Shown here: in pieces, positions 16,622 to 18,079 of the stretch
Layout of the letters: each line of letters starts with the position of its first letter
How positions within the stretch are numbered: the first letter of the stretch is position 1
Source: Chlamydiae bacterium RIFCSPHIGHO2_12_FULL_49_11
Lineage (GTDB): Bacteria > Chlamydiota > Chlamydiia > Chlamydiales > 2-12-FULL-49-11
Assembly (NCBI GenBank): GCA_001794905.1
Contig: MGLW01000020.1
Coordinates: 1-18,079, forward strand
DNA: 18,079 bases
Reading direction: 5' to 3'
Translations under genes and position numbers: made by a program
The notes under the pieces: generated by a model
The model's database searches: none
Seen by the model: only the letters and a program-made list of their open reading frames with translations
Told to the model about the DNA's origin: nothing

Positions 16622-16669
16622 AAGCAGGCTCAAGGCTATACCATAGGTATGTCTTGGGCCTTGCTTTTT
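16622..16669 (+). terminator. Long hairpin plus T-tract, probable intrinsic terminator
   Basis: AAGC-AGGCTCAAGGC-T-ATACC-ata-GGTAT-GTCTTGGGCCT-T-GCTT pairs with two G.U pairs and single bulges and ends in a T5 run. Confidence 0.6.
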
Positions 16670-16696
16670 AACGCAAAGATCGCTGACAATAGCGTC

Positions 16697-17458
16697 ATGA
16701 AGAGAGCAGAGTCCCATTTTAAAGAGCAAAGCGTCTACCAGCATTTGAAAAGCGCCCGGAAAAAAGGAAAAAGGGCGACGCACGAATCTCACGGCATCAA
16801 TGTGCCCGACCATCTGATCGCCGGCGCCGACGCGGCCAAAGAAGCTTCTGTAATCGCTCTCCTTATCTGGATTGTGAGCCGACTCCTCGCTTTTCCTCCC
16901 GAAAAAATCACCGGTTTCATCCTGATCACACTTCTCGGATACATGCTATGGCGATCGGGACGGAGCGCTATCTTGGGCTGGGCGCGGCTGCAGCGCATCA
17001 ACAGATTGATTAGCGAAGAAAGCCACGAAATTCACGTTAACCGTGACGAAGAACGCAGCGAGCTGAAAGAAATCTACCGGGCAAAAGGGTTTACCGGAGA
17101 AATGCTCGAGAAGGTGATCGATGTTTTGATGGCCGATGATAATAAACTGCTCGGCATCATGCTAGAGGAGGAACTCGGTGTCTCGCTCGAATCGTACGAG
17201 CATCCCCTGAAACTGGCTCTCGGCGCTTTAGTGGGGATCGCCCTCACGATGGCTGCCTTTTTTGCCGCCGTTCGCATTGAACCCGGTCTAGGGGTATATT
17301 GCACTGCCTTTGGCATCATCCTGATCGCATCCGGAATTGTAGCGAAAGTAGAACGGATCAATTTTCTCACTTACGCCGTCTGGAACTTGGGGATCACTTT
17401 TCTTTCCTCGGCGGGAATTTATTTCCTCGCCCACTTTCTCCTATTCGAGGCGTTATGA
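16697..17458 (+). CDS. VIT1/CCC1-like metal transporter family protein
   Basis: Glu-rich VIT1 cytosolic metal-binding pattern EERSELKEIYRAKGF...VLM...IMLEEELG..E..HP with about 5 hydrophobic segments. Start 16697 avoids overlap with the upstream gene and terminator. Confidence 0.8.
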   Translation: MKRAESHFKEQSVYQHLKSARKKGKRATHESHGINVPDHLIAGADAAKEASVIALLIWIVSRLLAFPPEKITGFILITLLGYMLWRSGRSAILGWARLQRINRLISEESHEIHVNRDEERSELKEIYRAKGFTGEMLEKVIDVLMADDNKLLGIMLEEELGVSLESYEHPLKLALGALVGIALTMAAFFAAVRIEPGLGVYCTAFGIILIASGIVAKVERINFLTYAVWNLGITFLSSAGIYFLAHFLLFEAL

Positions 17459-18079
17459 CATCCCCCGTTCTTCTAGAGGAATTCTTTTCATCCGGCTTTG
17501 AAGAATCGACCAATCCGTTCATCAAACATTCATCCCGAGGCTGGGGCCGCTATGCGAAACTGGCAAGCTCCCTCTCCGCACTCGTGTTTCTTATTGCCGC
17601 CTATTTTACAAGCTCGTACAGTTTTTACCTCTCCTCTTTCTTTCTCGTCTTCGTCTACTTTCTGGCCGGAACCGAAGCGCTGATCGAATCGATTCGCGAC
17701 GCGATCCGGTTGAACATCAATATCGACGTCCTCATGACTCTCGCTGCCCTCCTTTCGGTCGCCATCGGCAGCCAGCTGGAAGGGGGTCTCCTCCTTGTCC
17801 TTTTTTCCCTTTCCGAATCGCTCGAAGATCTGGTCACCAAAAAAACAAAAGGAGCACTCTCCGCCCTTCACAAATTAACGCCGACCAACGCATGGATTAT
17901 CGAAGAAGGAGGGCATATTTTTCCCAAATCGGTGCGCGAAATATCCCAAGGCACCCTGATCTTCGTCAAAGTAGGCGATGTGATCCCGCTGGACGGGATC
18001 GTTGAAAACGGAAGTTCCTACGTCAACCTGATGCACTTGACCGGAGAGAGCCTCCCTGTCTCGAAACAAAAAGGGGATG
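17455..18079 (+). CDS. Heavy-metal-translocating P1B-type ATPase, 5' part (runs off window; absent from ORF track)
   Basis: Manual translation from the ATGA overlap: MTSPVLLEEFFSSGFEES...NIDVLMTLAA...EGGLLLVLFSLSESLE...GDVIPLDGIV...HLTGESLPVSKQKGD, which includes the actuator TGE motif. Confidence 0.92.
   Translation, partial: MTSPVLLEEFFSSGFEESTNPFIKHSSRGWGRYAKLASSLSALVFLIAAYFTSSYSFYLSSFFLVFVYFLAGTEALIESIRDAIRLNINIDVLMTLAALLSVAIGSQLEGGLLLVLFSLSESLEDLVTKKTKGALSALHKLTPTNAWIIEEGGHIFPKSVREISQGTLIFVKVGDVIPLDGIVENGSSYVNLMHLTGESLPVSKQKGD

Noticed and set aside
16499-16696. 66-codon extension of the VIT-like ORF, and the hairpin as a possible metal riboswitch
   Set aside because: The extension overlaps the upstream gene and crosses the terminator. 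The hairpin is a single stem with no recognisable riboswitch architecture.
1-18079. Many short alternative-frame or antisense ORFs; CRISPR, IS or phage features
   Set aside because: The ORFs are shadows of well-supported genes with no motifs. No repeat arrays, transposases or phage genes were seen.

Overview
A gene-dense core-genome segment from a bacterium that looks like an environmental member of the Chlamydiota. The assignment rests on gene content and order recalled from chlamydial genomes (UPF0158 protein, fused E1 alpha/beta dehydrogenase, kdsA-lpt block, ftsK-yycJ, serS / VIT-like / P1B-ATPase); no database search was run. Gene order: partial RluA pseudouridine synthase, KH-domain protein, 866-aa DHH protein (-), tRNA-Arg(TCT) (-), dapB-like, kdsA, lptC-like, long lptA-like, lptB, ftsK, YycJ-like MBL hydrolase (-), SPFH protein (-), small basic protein, fused E1 alpha/beta (-), UPF0158 (-), serS, orphan membrane protein, VIT1-like protein, and a partial P1B ATPase missed by the ORF track. 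No mobile elements or CRISPR arrays were seen. The main finding is the 866-aa protein. It has the full family II (Mn-dependent) pyrophosphatase scaffold but adds a ~135-aa N-terminal extension, a CBS-like / ~160-aa helical / CBS-like insert, and an altered DHNE motif, and it lies directly behind a tRNA. Other points of interest: four genes that look leaderless, a shared bidirectional -10 motif at two divergent junctions, a variant DapB coupled to the LPS operon, and a greatly lengthened LptA-like protein.
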